Assembly (NCBI GenBank): GCA_003577275.1
Contig: QEVO01000007.1
Location: forward strand, 68,840-132,839
Source: Pseudomonadota bacterium
Lineage (GTDB): Bacteria > Pseudomonadota > Alphaproteobacteria > Sphingomonadales > Govanellaceae
Direction: 5' to 3'
Length of the DNA stretch: 64,000 bases
Every line of letters begins with the position of its first letter. Positions within the stretch are counted from its first letter, which is position 1. Both the position numbers and the translations under genes were made by a program. Shown piece by piece: positions 1 through 8,639 of the stretch. The notes beneath the pieces are model-generated. The model searched no databases. It had not been told where the DNA came from and saw only the letters and a list, made by a program, of their open reading frames with translations.

Positions 1-81
1 AAATACCGGACGAGTGGCCGGCAAATCGGTGCGCGCGGCGGTGGCGTCAAGCTTTTTGGCCGGAGATAGGAGCGCCAGCAT
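1..81 (-). CDS. yaaA: YaaA-like (DUF328) peroxide-stress protein, N-terminal 27 codons only; the gene runs off the left edge
   Basis: A minus-strand ATG at 81..79 opens a frame to the window edge. It translates MLALLSPAKKLDATAARTDLPATRPVF, which matches the recognisable YaaA N-terminus (E. coli MLILISPAKTLD...). It is absent from the ORF track because it is truncated. Confidence 0.55.
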   Translation of the reverse strand, partial: MLALLSPAKKLDATAARTDLPATRPVF

Positions 82-297
82 ACTGGTCTTTCGTTGTTAG
101 CGTTAAGCCCTTCCTTTTCTTAGCGTTCCAATGGGGCCGTTGGCAATATCGCGGCGCATCGCTGTCGATATATTTCCCGGCAAGCCGGTGCGGAATGAGA
201 TTGTTGCGCGCTAGAGACGTTAGAAGTTGATATAAATCGCAGCCCGTCATGCCCGCCCCGGAGCGGGCATCCGGTCACATGATAAAATGAAGGCCGA

Positions 298-320
298 ATC
301 CCCGCTTAAGAAGCGGGGAT
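298..320 (-). terminator. Stem-loop downstream of the TonB-dependent receptor gene
   Basis: Perfect 10-bp inverted repeat ATCCCCGCTT-AAG-AAGCGGGGAT, 28 nt after the stop at 348. A second hairpin ATGCCCGC-N6-GCGGGCAT lies at 249..270. Only a weak T-tract follows on the minus strand. Confidence 0.5.
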
Positions 321-347
321 GACAGCTTGTGTTGCGGTTACATCGCC

Positions 348-2450
348 CTAAAACTTTACCCTGCCTTCAACGCCATAGGTTGCCGGCTGGGCGCGAAAGC
401 CGATGGCGTAATCAAGACCGGAGAAAAATGTCGGGTTGAAATCGGTGTAGTACTTCTCGCCGGTGATGTTCTTACCCCACAGGGCGACGCTCCAGTAGTC
501 GCCCTCGACGCCGGCGCGCACATTGAGCAAGTCCACCGGCTTTTGCACATCGGCGTTGTTCACCTGCCAGTATTTCTTACCGCGATGCTCATAGTCGAGG
601 CGAACCATGCCGCTCAAGCCTTCGGTAATCTCCGCACGATACTGAAAGCCGGCATTCAAGCTCCAAGTGGTGTTCTTCGGCGTGTGGTTGCCCTCGAAAT
701 TGGGAAAAGTCGCAAATTCCTTGATATCGGTATCGGTAGTGCCCAGGCCGCCGAACACTTCCAGCCCGTCCATCGGCATGGCCTGCACCTCAAGCTCCAC
801 GCCGAAGATATCAACCTTGTCGATATTGGAAATGATTTGCGAGGCCGTCAGCACGTCGACATAGAAGAACTGAAAGTCCTTGACCTTGGAGAAGTAAACC
901 GCGCCATTGAGGATCAAACGGTTATCCATCCAGGACGATTTGAACCCAGCTTCATAGTTGGTCAGATTTTCATCATCGAAAATCGGCACCGTCGCCGCCG
1001 GCGCGTTATAACCGCCGGAACGGAAGCCGGTGGAAACGGTGGCGTAAACCAGGGCATCCTCCGTGACATCATAGGTCAATGTCACCTTGGGTTGGATGGA
1101 ATCAAAAGACTTCTCCCGCGTATCCAGCGTGAAAATGTTGGTCTGTTGCCTCTTATCATAATCATAGCGCAGCGCGCCCGAGAGCGTCAGCCGCTCGGCA
1201 ATATCGAAATCGAATTGGGCAAACAACGCATAGGCATTGTTGCTGTTATCCTCACCGAGCGCGATGAGCTGCAATAAGGGATTATCGATCTGCTCCAGCG
1301 TGCCGTTAAGATCGACAAAGGCGCGGGTTAAGAGATCGCGATTGGTGTGAATGTAATAACCGCCCGCGATCCAGCGAAAAGCCTGATCATCGGGCGACAC
1401 CAGGCGCACCTCCTGGCTGATATGCTCGACGCCTAAGTCCTGCCCTTGTCCTACTTGAATGCCCAATCCTAAGAAACCGCCCGGCTTATCGACGGGATTG
1501 GAGAAATCCAGATCGCCGCGATAGTTTTCCTCCAGCTTACCATAGGCGGTAATGCTGGTCAGGGTGGCAAATCCCATGTCGGCATCGACCTTCATGGTCA
1601 GCTCCGTCACGTCGCCCCAGGTAACGCCGAGGAGGCTGGTGTGGGGATTGACCATGTCATTAGCATTGTTGCTGAAAATCATGCTGTCATAGGTCGCTCC
1701 GGCTTGAAAGTCGTTATACGAGCCGCGCAGGTCAATTCGCAGATTTTCCGTAGCATTGATTAAAAGCTTGCCGCGCACGCCGTAATCATGATCGATAAAA
1801 TCAGCGTTCTCATTCAGGTAGGTGTTCTCAATGCGGCCATTATCCTCTTTGTAAAATCCGGCAACGCGGAACAGCACTTTATCCTCTAAGACGGGGCCGG
1901 AAACACCACCGGAAATTTCCCATGCATCTCCTCGGCCGTAACTGGCATTGGCGAAACCTTCAAACTCGTTCGACGGCTGCTTGGTGACGATATTGACCGC
2001 GCCGCCGATGGCGTTGCGCCCATAAAGCGCGCCTTGCGGGCCTTTCAATACTTCGATGCGCTCGACATCGAATAAATTCTGCTTGAACTGCTTCTGGTTA
2101 TTCTGCGGCACGCCATCGACCACGATGGCCACCGGCGAATCGGCGTTATTAATCTGCGTCACGCCGCGCACCACCACGAAGCTATTCAGGTAGGTAAAAG
2201 AATGATCCAGACTCATGTTCGGCACCAAGTTGACGAAATCCTGAGTGGTGACGATGCCAGCATCCTCGATTTTCTTCGCGGTAAAAGCGGTGATCTGGAT
2301 CGGCACCGCCTGCAGGTTTTCTTCGCGCTTCTGCGCGGTGACGACAATCTCTTCAAAGCCCGTGGTCTCGGCGACGGCAGCGCCGCCTCCCGCCGCCAAG
2401 GCTAGCGCCGTGCTGGCAAGCAGCAGGTCACGATAAAATTCTCTGATCAT
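348..2450 (-). CDS. TonB-dependent receptor (outer-membrane transporter)
   Basis: 700 aa with a signal-peptide-like N-terminus. Plug motifs EEIVVTAQKREENLQAVPIQITAF and RIEVLKGPQGALYGRNAIGGAVNI. Long beta-barrel-like repeat sequence ending in a terminal aromatic residue (...GVEGRVKF). Confidence 0.9.
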   Translation of the reverse strand: MIREFYRDLLLASTALALAAGGGAAVAETTGFEEIVVTAQKREENLQAVPIQITAFTAKKIEDAGIVTTQDFVNLVPNMSLDHSFTYLNSFVVVRGVTQINNADSPVAIVVDGVPQNNQKQFKQNLFDVERIEVLKGPQGALYGRNAIGGAVNIVTKQPSNEFEGFANASYGRGDAWEISGGVSGPVLEDKVLFRVAGFYKEDNGRIENTYLNENADFIDHDYGVRGKLLINATENLRIDLRGSYNDFQAGATYDSMIFSNNANDMVNPHTSLLGVTWGDVTELTMKVDADMGFATLTSITAYGKLEENYRGDLDFSNPVDKPGGFLGLGIQVGQGQDLGVEHISQEVRLVSPDDQAFRWIAGGYYIHTNRDLLTRAFVDLNGTLEQIDNPLLQLIALGEDNSNNAYALFAQFDFDIAERLTLSGALRYDYDKRQQTNIFTLDTREKSFDSIQPKVTLTYDVTEDALVYATVSTGFRSGGYNAPAATVPIFDDENLTNYEAGFKSSWMDNRLILNGAVYFSKVKDFQFFYVDVLTASQIISNIDKVDIFGVELEVQAMPMDGLEVFGGLGTTDTDIKEFATFPNFEGNHTPKNTTWSLNAGFQYRAEITEGLSGMVRLDYEHRGKKYWQVNNADVQKPVDLLNVRAGVEGDYWSVALWGKNITGEKYYTDFNPTFFSGLDYAIGFRAQPATYGVEGRVKF

Positions 2451-2480
2451 GGCATCCTCCTGATGTTTGTTGGCGTGTAT

Positions 2481-3569
2481 CTACAAAAGCTTCTCAATCG
2501 GCGTGAACTTTTCCTTCAGGCCGAAAGCCTGCGGCCCAAAGCATGCCAAGGCTTGCGGCGTTCGCATCTGGGGCGCGGCGCTGACGCCGACCACTTTCAA
2601 GCGCTGGCCATAGCGCAGCGCTTCGGTGGTGATTGGTTCCGCCGTCTCGCGATCGACCATGGCGATAAGATCCGGCACGATGGCGCGCACGCCCTTATCG
2701 TCGCGAGCAACCAAGTGTTCATTCTGGAAAATGACTTCCATGCGACGGCTGCTGCCGTCCAAGGCTTCCATGATGCAGCGGCCGATGGAAAAGCCGCGAG
2801 TGGTTTCACGTAAAAGATCAACCACTTTGCCATCGAACAGCACGCCGCAGTGCTTGAAATAATCGGTGCTCTTCAAATAGCTGAGGAGCGCCTCAACAGG
2901 GTCACCTTCATGCCGCCCCATGGCGATCGCCCGGCCGATGCCGATCGCCAACGAGATGGTTCCCGGCACCGAGGCCCGCTTAACGTCAGCCCCGGTCATG
3001 GGATAGCCGGTGAACATCACCGCCAACCCCATGCGCATGGCCACCGCCCGGCCGATGTCCTCTGCCGATTTGGCGACTGGGGTTTCGATGACGGTGCTCT
3101 CCATATGATCGTTAGCAATCACAATGGGGCAGATGGGTACGCCGTACACATTAAATGTCGTCATCTGCACTTCAGGAAAAGCGCGCCCCATGCCATCGGC
3201 GTCGATGACGGGCAGGCCGCGCTGCGCCGCAAATGCGATCGGCAGCGTGGAGTTGACGCCGCCGATCTCCGCCGGAATGATATAGTCGGCATTGCGCCCG
3301 GTGATGCTTTCCAGCTTGGAGATTGCCAGCTCCGCATCCTTACCGTTCATCAGTTTTTCGACAATGACGGTGGGCGCGCCCATCATGGCGATGATGTAGC
3401 AAGCGGCGTCGTCCGGGACATCGGCGACGCTGACCATTTCCGGCGCGCCGTGGCGATGGATCATCTGCTCGGCAAACAGGCGGCCGCTATAGGGATCGCC
3501 GCCGCCGCCGGTGCCAAGGAATGTTGCGCCGCGCGCCAAATCCATCATGTCCGCGATGGCGATTTTCAT
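2481..3569 (-). CDS. DUF917 family protein (hydantoinase-associated)
   Basis: 362 aa. The N-terminal ARGATFLGTGGGGDPY glycine-rich motif is typical of DUF917. There is a 4-nt overlap with the upstream hydantoinase-like gene, which is the usual partner. Confidence 0.7.
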   Translation of the reverse strand: MKIAIADMMDLARGATFLGTGGGGDPYSGRLFAEQMIHRHGAPEMVSVADVPDDAACYIIAMMGAPTVIVEKLMNGKDAELAISKLESITGRNADYIIPAEIGGVNSTLPIAFAAQRGLPVIDADGMGRAFPEVQMTTFNVYGVPICPIVIANDHMESTVIETPVAKSAEDIGRAVAMRMGLAVMFTGYPMTGADVKRASVPGTISLAIGIGRAIAMGRHEGDPVEALLSYLKSTDYFKHCGVLFDGKVVDLLRETTRGFSIGRCIMEALDGSSRRMEVIFQNEHLVARDDKGVRAIVPDLIAMVDRETAEPITTEALRYGQRLKVVGVSAAPQMRTPQALACFGPQAFGLKEKFTPIEKLL

Positions 3570-5137
3570 GCCTTGGCTCCCCGACTTTCACCGCTGGCCG
3601 CAAGCTCACCCACGGCGCGCACCCGCAAGCGCACCGCGCCGCCGGGCACGTATTGCAACGGCAATTCCTCCACATCAACGATTTCGATGGTGCCAAGCGC
3701 CGCACCCGCCGCCAGCGCCCGCTCACTTGCTTCCGCCTTGGCGGCACGCAGCGCGCCGTCACGGCCCAGTTCTTCATAGGAGAACACCCGATCGACTTCG
3801 CCGCCGACCTGGGCGATGGCGGCGCCGATGGCGTTGGCCACCGCGGCGTTTTGCGGGACGAGAATGTCGCTGACGCCAGGGATTTGACGGGAAATCAACA
3901 CCGATCCGCCGCCGACCAAGATGAGCGGCGCCGCGGCGGCGCTGGATTTCATGCGATCAACCGCCTCACTAAGCAGGCGATGAATAACGTCAACCGCCTG
4001 ATCAACCATCCCCTTATCAAGATGCTCAACCAGGGATCTGTCGCCCATGTCGGCGGCGCCAGCGGCCACCGCGATATCGCTTGCGGTCAAAGTATCGCCG
4101 CCGAATGCCAGCCCCTTCTCCAGCAGCCGAAAGCCCACTGAATCCGGTCCCACCGTTACGCTGTTCTTGGCGACGCGCACCAGACTGCCGCCGCCCAGGC
4201 CAATGGCGAAAATATCCGGCATGCGGAAATTGGTGCGCACGCCGCCGATATCAACGGTAACCGAGGATTCCCGCGGGAAACCGTTGGATAGTACGCCGAT
4301 ATCGGTGGTGGTGCCGCCGATATCGGCTACGATGGCGTTCTTCGCGCCCGACAGATACGCCGCGCCGCGCATGCTGTTGGTGGGGCCGGAGGCAAAGGTC
4401 AGGACGGGATACTGTTCAACGAATTCGGCGCTCATTAACGTGCCGTCGTTCTGACTGACATAGAATGGCGCGTGAAGTCCGAGTTTTTTCAGCGCAACGC
4501 GAAACGAGTCGACGACCTTGACCGAAAGACTGGCCAGCGAGGCGTTCATGATCGCCGCATTCTCCCGCTCGATCATGCCGATGCGGCCGATGGCGTGGGA
4601 AAGCGTTATCCGCGCCTCCGGCATCTCCTGTTGCACGATTTGCGCCGCGCGATCTTCCTGCGCGGCATTGATCGGGCTGAAGATGCCGGCAATCGCCACC
4701 GCCTTCAGTCCTTTTTTGCGCATCTCTTTTGCCGCCTGAGCGATGGCGCGCTCATCAAGGGCTGAATTTTCCCGGCCGTCATACTGATAGCCGCCCGCCA
4801 CCTCATAAACATGCCGGCCCACCGCTCGCAGGAGACGCTCGGGCCAATCGCTCAAGGGCGGTATGCCCGACGCCGAGGGCAGGGACAGGCGGATAATTCC
4901 CACTTCCAACAGATGCTTGGCTTCGACGAACGCATTGGTGAAATGCGTGGTGCCGATCATCACCGCTTCGATGTCGGCCGGCTTCTTGCCGGATCTTTCG
5001 AGAATTGTCTTGATGGAGGCAATGATGCCGCCGCTGACGTCCTCGGTGGTCGGCGACTTGGTGGCGGCAAGCACCGTCTTGCCCGCCATCAATACCGCGT
5101 CCGTATTGGTGCCGCCGACGTCGACGCCAATGCGCAT
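3566..5137 (-). CDS. Hydantoinase/oxoprolinase (HyuA-like) family protein
   Basis: 523 aa with ASKHA-type phosphate motifs MRIGVDVGGTNTDAVL and ADIGGTTTDIGV, characteristic of the Hydantoinase_A family. Confidence 0.85.
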   Translation of the reverse strand: MRIGVDVGGTNTDAVLMAGKTVLAATKSPTTEDVSGGIIASIKTILERSGKKPADIEAVMIGTTHFTNAFVEAKHLLEVGIIRLSLPSASGIPPLSDWPERLLRAVGRHVYEVAGGYQYDGRENSALDERAIAQAAKEMRKKGLKAVAIAGIFSPINAAQEDRAAQIVQQEMPEARITLSHAIGRIGMIERENAAIMNASLASLSVKVVDSFRVALKKLGLHAPFYVSQNDGTLMSAEFVEQYPVLTFASGPTNSMRGAAYLSGAKNAIVADIGGTTTDIGVLSNGFPRESSVTVDIGGVRTNFRMPDIFAIGLGGGSLVRVAKNSVTVGPDSVGFRLLEKGLAFGGDTLTASDIAVAAGAADMGDRSLVEHLDKGMVDQAVDVIHRLLSEAVDRMKSSAAAAPLILVGGGSVLISRQIPGVSDILVPQNAAVANAIGAAIAQVGGEVDRVFSYEELGRDGALRAAKAEASERALAAGAALGTIEIVDVEELPLQYVPGGAVRLRVRAVGELAASGESRGAKA

Positions 5138-5223
5138 GCCCTAACCTCCGTCCCGCTGATCTTTCTGCGGCCATAGTGAACAGGCGACGGCGGAGGGTCA
5201 AAATGGCGGACGGGTGGATTGGC

Positions 5224-5269
5224 GGAAAAACGGGTAGGCTGTTAAGAAGCGGTCTTCAGCCGCCTACCC
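5224..5269 (-). terminator. Rho-independent terminator ending the oxidase/hemerythrin operon
   Basis: The minus strand reads GGGTAGGCGGCTG...CAGCCTACCC followed by GTTTTTCC. The outer stem is GGGTAGGC/GCCTACCC at 5232..5269. It lies 25 nt after the hemerythrin stop. Confidence 0.6.
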
Positions 5270-5293
5270 GAACGGGTAGTCGCCATAAATGGC

Positions 5294-5701
5294 CTAGTGG
5301 CCGAGGGAGCTATGCAGACGGGCGTCTATGGTGCTGAAATGGCGACCAAACCAGGTGGAGAGGCGGGAGGCGAGAACGTCATCGACATCGCCGCCCCCGT
5401 CTTCCTCATAAGCATCCATGATATCGCGGATTTCGTCCAAAAGACGCTCATGATCGGCCTTGTGCTCATCATAACCGGCATAATTCATGGCGCGCATCTG
5501 CTGTTCTTCCAGCGCAAAATGCGAAGCAATCTTGGCGTAGATCTCGCCAAGAAACGCCATCACCACATCCTTGCCGCCCTGCGCCTTCATTTCGGCGTGC
5601 AGTTCGTTGATGAGCGCGATGAGATGCTGATGCTCATGGTCCACCGCCGGCGACCCGGTGGAGTAAGTCTCGTTCCAGCTGAGGAGAGTCATGATAGCCA
5701 A
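5294..5701 (-). CDS. Hemerythrin-like metal-binding protein (bacteriohemerythrin)
   Basis: 135 aa. Motifs WNETYSTGSPAVDHEHQHLIALINEL, HFALEEQQM and YDEHKADHERL give the H / HxxxE / HxxxH / HxxxxD di-iron ligand pattern of hemerythrins. Confidence 0.85.
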   Translation of the reverse strand: MAIMTLLSWNETYSTGSPAVDHEHQHLIALINELHAEMKAQGGKDVVMAFLGEIYAKIASHFALEEQQMRAMNYAGYDEHKADHERLLDEIRDIMDAYEEDGGGDVDDVLASRLSTWFGRHFSTIDARLHSSLGH

Positions 5702-5705
5702 TCTC

Positions 5706-6218
5706 TTACTTCAGGATGATGAACCCGCCGCCCTCGGCGCGAAAGTCGATCACCATGCTGTGTCGCGGCCCCAAGTCCAGATCAAATGTCCGCTCGTAAT
5801 CGAAGCCGGTTTCCCGGCGGCTATCGCGCATACGGACCTCAATGTTATGCCGTCCGACAGGCAGTTTGAATTTTTGATATATTTTTGAAGGGCCGTCGCC
5901 AAAAAGCCCCGTCGGCTTAGCGCTATCACGATAAATCGTCTCGCCATCCAGCGCAAGCTCGACCACCAGAGGCACCCGACCGCGGGGGCAACTTTGCGGT
6001 TTTCGCATATTGGGCGGCAGCTTGGCCAGCTCCTCACGGCTGCGCTTGCGGCACTCCGTCACCGGCGCGCCGCCATGATTGAAGGCCAGCCGCAACAGCG
6101 CCTGATCCTCGGGGAAATGGCGATAGGCGGGCGTGGTCGCAAAATAGCCGATGAGCGCCGCCAGCGCCGCATAAAACACCCCCTGGCCGGCGAATTTAAG
6201 CACGCTTGACACCGGCAT
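5706..6218 (-). CDS. Membrane-anchored hypothetical protein
   Basis: 170 aa with one N-terminal hydrophobic helix (GVFYAALAALIGYFATT) followed by a soluble domain. It overlaps the end of the upstream gene and lies 4 nt from the hemerythrin gene. I recognise no family. Confidence 0.55.
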   Translation of the reverse strand: MPVSSVLKFAGQGVFYAALAALIGYFATTPAYRHFPEDQALLRLAFNHGGAPVTECRKRSREELAKLPPNMRKPQSCPRGRVPLVVELALDGETIYRDSAKPTGLFGDGPSKIYQKFKLPVGRHNIEVRMRDSRRETGFDYERTFDLDLGPRHSMVIDFRAEGGGFIILK

Positions 6219-7752
6219 CCTCCTCGGAATGAGCGGGCGTCATCTGCGCCAAGCGCTGACTGAAGGCTTGAAGCTCACGTTTGGCCTTGGCTTTTTCAAA
6301 TCTGCCGATCCACAGAGCGGCGATACGGTCACGCGGCACCCGCTGACGCAGATGGGGATCACGCTTGCGGTCGATCCGATCTTTCATCCACTCGACGCCG
6401 AAACGATTATAGCAGCCGCTATCCGGGCAGCCGACCAATGCTACGCCATTGGCCAGCTTCCGGCTTAACACATAATCGATGAACGATGGCGGCAGCGCCG
6501 CGATGCAAGGCAGGTCAACGACGGCGATATTCGCGTTTTCCAAATCCTTTGCCGCAACGCTGTAACGGCAGCTATAGACCAGAATACTGGACGGACCAGT
6601 CAGCCGCGCCGCCGCCTGCTCGGTATCCTGGCGCAGCACCTTGATCGGCCGGTCCGGCAGATCGATGCCGGTGATCGGCTCAACGGCGCGGCGGAACGGC
6701 GTCGAACTGGGACAGGCGCCGGCGCAGATGCCGCAACCGACGCACAGTTTCGGCTTGACCACCGCCTCGCTCGGAAACGGCTTACCGTCGCTGCGCGGCA
6801 TCATGGTGACGGCATTATAAGGGCAGTCTTCAACGCAACGGGTGCAGCCGTTGCAGTTGTCGAGGTCCACCACCGCCGCCGGAACGCGGCTGCCGCGCGG
6901 CAGCCACGGCACCACCATCAGCAAGAGGGTGGCGAGGCCGGCGAACGCCCACACCGAATTGCCGGGCCAGCTATCAAGCAGCGGAAAGAACGCCAGATAA
7001 TACCAGTCCATCGCCAGTTCGCCGGGCACCAGGGCCATATCGGCCGGCGGCTGGCTGACCGCCGGCTTGATGAACGACAACGCCAGCAGCATCAAGGTGA
7101 TGCCCGCCATCAGCCCGAACGCCGGATTGACCTTGGCGCGGCTGACGCGAACGATGTGAATCCATAAGGCAAACACCAGGAACAACGGCACGGCGATGTG
7201 CAGAAACACCAGGAGCGTAAAGAACCGATCGCTCAAGCCGGTGTTGGTGAGAAAATTGCGCGCGATGGTGCCGCCGAAAATCGGCAATAGATCAAGCCAT
7301 TCGGTGGTGTTGACGGCGATATATTGCGCCAGCTGGTCCCACACCAGCCAGTAGCCGGTAATGCCGGAAATCATTACCAGCCAGATCACCGGTGCGCCCG
7401 TTGCCCAGGAAAACCAGCGCACCCCCCGGAAGCGATCAAGGGCGAATTCCCGCAGCATGTGCAGCGCCATGACCACCACCATGCCATCCGAAGCGTAACG
7501 GTGGAAGCTGCGCATGACGCCGCCGAAGTACCACTGGTTATAGGTCAGGCGCTCCATGGAGCTATAGGCGCCATGGATGCTGGTATCAAAAAAGATATAA
7601 ATGTAAACACCGCTGGCAACGACGATCCACAGGAAGAAAAAGCCAATGGCGCCAAGCTGATAAAACGGATTCCACGCCGGGGTAAAGACCCGGGAGAGCG
7701 CTGCTTCCATAGGTTCGAAGCCACGCCGTAAGAGGGACTGTATGAACTTCAT
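6196..7752 (-). CDS. Fusion protein: dihaem cytochrome b domain + 2x[4Fe-4S] ferredoxin domain + MvhD/FlpD-like iron-sulfur domain
   Basis: 518 aa. Two H-x13-H pairs sit in predicted TM helices (FHRYASDGMVVVMALH, LHIAVPLFLVFALWIH). Two ferredoxin motifs are present (CNGCTRCVEDCP, CVGCGICAGACP). The C-terminal Cys-rich region reads ILVYSCRYS..VDLPCIAALP..VGCPDSGCYNRFG. An ATGA overlap joins it to the SCO1 gene. Confidence 0.8.
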   Translation of the reverse strand: MKFIQSLLRRGFEPMEAALSRVFTPAWNPFYQLGAIGFFFLWIVVASGVYIYIFFDTSIHGAYSSMERLTYNQWYFGGVMRSFHRYASDGMVVVMALHMLREFALDRFRGVRWFSWATGAPVIWLVMISGITGYWLVWDQLAQYIAVNTTEWLDLLPIFGGTIARNFLTNTGLSDRFFTLLVFLHIAVPLFLVFALWIHIVRVSRAKVNPAFGLMAGITLMLLALSFIKPAVSQPPADMALVPGELAMDWYYLAFFPLLDSWPGNSVWAFAGLATLLLMVVPWLPRGSRVPAAVVDLDNCNGCTRCVEDCPYNAVTMMPRSDGKPFPSEAVVKPKLCVGCGICAGACPSSTPFRRAVEPITGIDLPDRPIKVLRQDTEQAAARLTGPSSILVYSCRYSVAAKDLENANIAVVDLPCIAALPPSFIDYVLSRKLANGVALVGCPDSGCYNRFGVEWMKDRIDRKRDPHLRQRVPRDRIAALWIGRFEKAKAKRELQAFSQRLAQMTPAHSEEDAGVKRA

Positions 7753-8639
7753 GTCGAGCCGGATTCTCGTCTTTTCTTGGTGTATTTACGCAATAACCAT
7801 GCCTCGCGCACCAACACGACGGCGACCAGTGCAAGACATAGCCCACCGACGATGATTCCCACAAGCAAGGAATAGTCGAAATGATAGCGTTCGCTCCTGG
7901 GATCATAAATCGTGCAAATCAAACGCACCCGGCCGATTAGGCCATCAACGCTGGTAAGGTTCGCCTTGCCGCCGAAAATCAGTCGCTTGAGAGGATCAAC
8001 CACCATCGGCGGCTCGAAATCAGCGCCGTATACTTGGGTTGCCACCTTGCCATCGCTACTAAGAATGGTGGTTTGCGCCAAGTGATCGTAGCCCTTGGGC
8101 GAGGCGTAGAAAATAAAGCCCAGATCCTTGGCCAGCTTCGCCATGGTGTCGGCATCAGTGCTCAAGAGCGTCCAGCTTCGATGATTTGCGCCCTGCTCCT
8201 TGCCATACTGTCGCATGCGGGCAGGCGTGTCGACCGCCGTGTCGAAACCGATGGTGACGATGGAAAAGCTGTCTACGCCCAGCGCATTGCCGGCGGCCCG
8301 CGCTGAGCGGCTGAGCGCCTGGGTGATCATCGGGCAGGTATGATAGCAACTGGTGTAAATCAGGCTGATGACCAGTGGCTTGCCGCGGTATTGCGACAGC
8401 CTCACCGTGCGTCCGTCGGACGCGATGAAGCGATAGTCGCCGACCTCTCGCCCGATCGCCGCCTGACTGTAGGCTAGCGCCTGCCGTTCGTCGAATTCGG
8501 AAAATTTTGGGGCAGCCTCTTCGTGGCCGACGGCAGGATTGCCGCTATTGGCCTCGCCATGGGCAAAAGCGCCGCCGAGACTTGTCGCCAGCGTCAACCA
8601 AACCATCAGGACGCAAAGAACCAGATCCCTCTTACTCAT
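7749..8639 (-). CDS. SCO1/SenC family copper chaperone / thiol-disulfide oxidoreductase
   Basis: 296 aa with an N-terminal signal or anchor. CxxxCP copper motif (IYTSCYHTCPMITQAL), a downstream conserved His (YDHLAQTTIL) and a C-terminal TM helix. It overlaps both neighbours by 4 nt. Confidence 0.85.
   Translation of the reverse strand: MSKRDLVLCVLMVWLTLATSLGGAFAHGEANSGNPAVGHEEAAPKFSEFDERQALAYSQAAIGREVGDYRFIASDGRTVRLSQYRGKPLVISLIYTSCYHTCPMITQALSRSARAAGNALGVDSFSIVTIGFDTAVDTPARMRQYGKEQGANHRSWTLLSTDADTMAKLAKDLGFIFYASPKGYDHLAQTTILSSDGKVATQVYGADFEPPMVVDPLKRLIFGGKANLTSVDGLIGRVRLICTIYDPRSERYHFDYSLLVGIIVGGLCLALVAVVLVREAWLLRKYTKKRRESGST

Noticed and set aside
47-250. 67-aa minus-strand ORF at the left edge
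   Set aside because: Its start codon lies inside the hairpin at 249..270. It has no SD and no family resemblance. A different frame in the same region gives the recognisable YaaA N-terminus (1..81).
327-1277. 316-aa plus-strand ORF, and other 60-140-aa ORFs, overlapping the TBDR gene at 348..2450
   Set aside because: It is antisense to a gene with clear family motifs. The translation is low-complexity (RRRRR, runs of G/I/L) and matches no family. These are typical shadow ORFs of GC-rich DNA.
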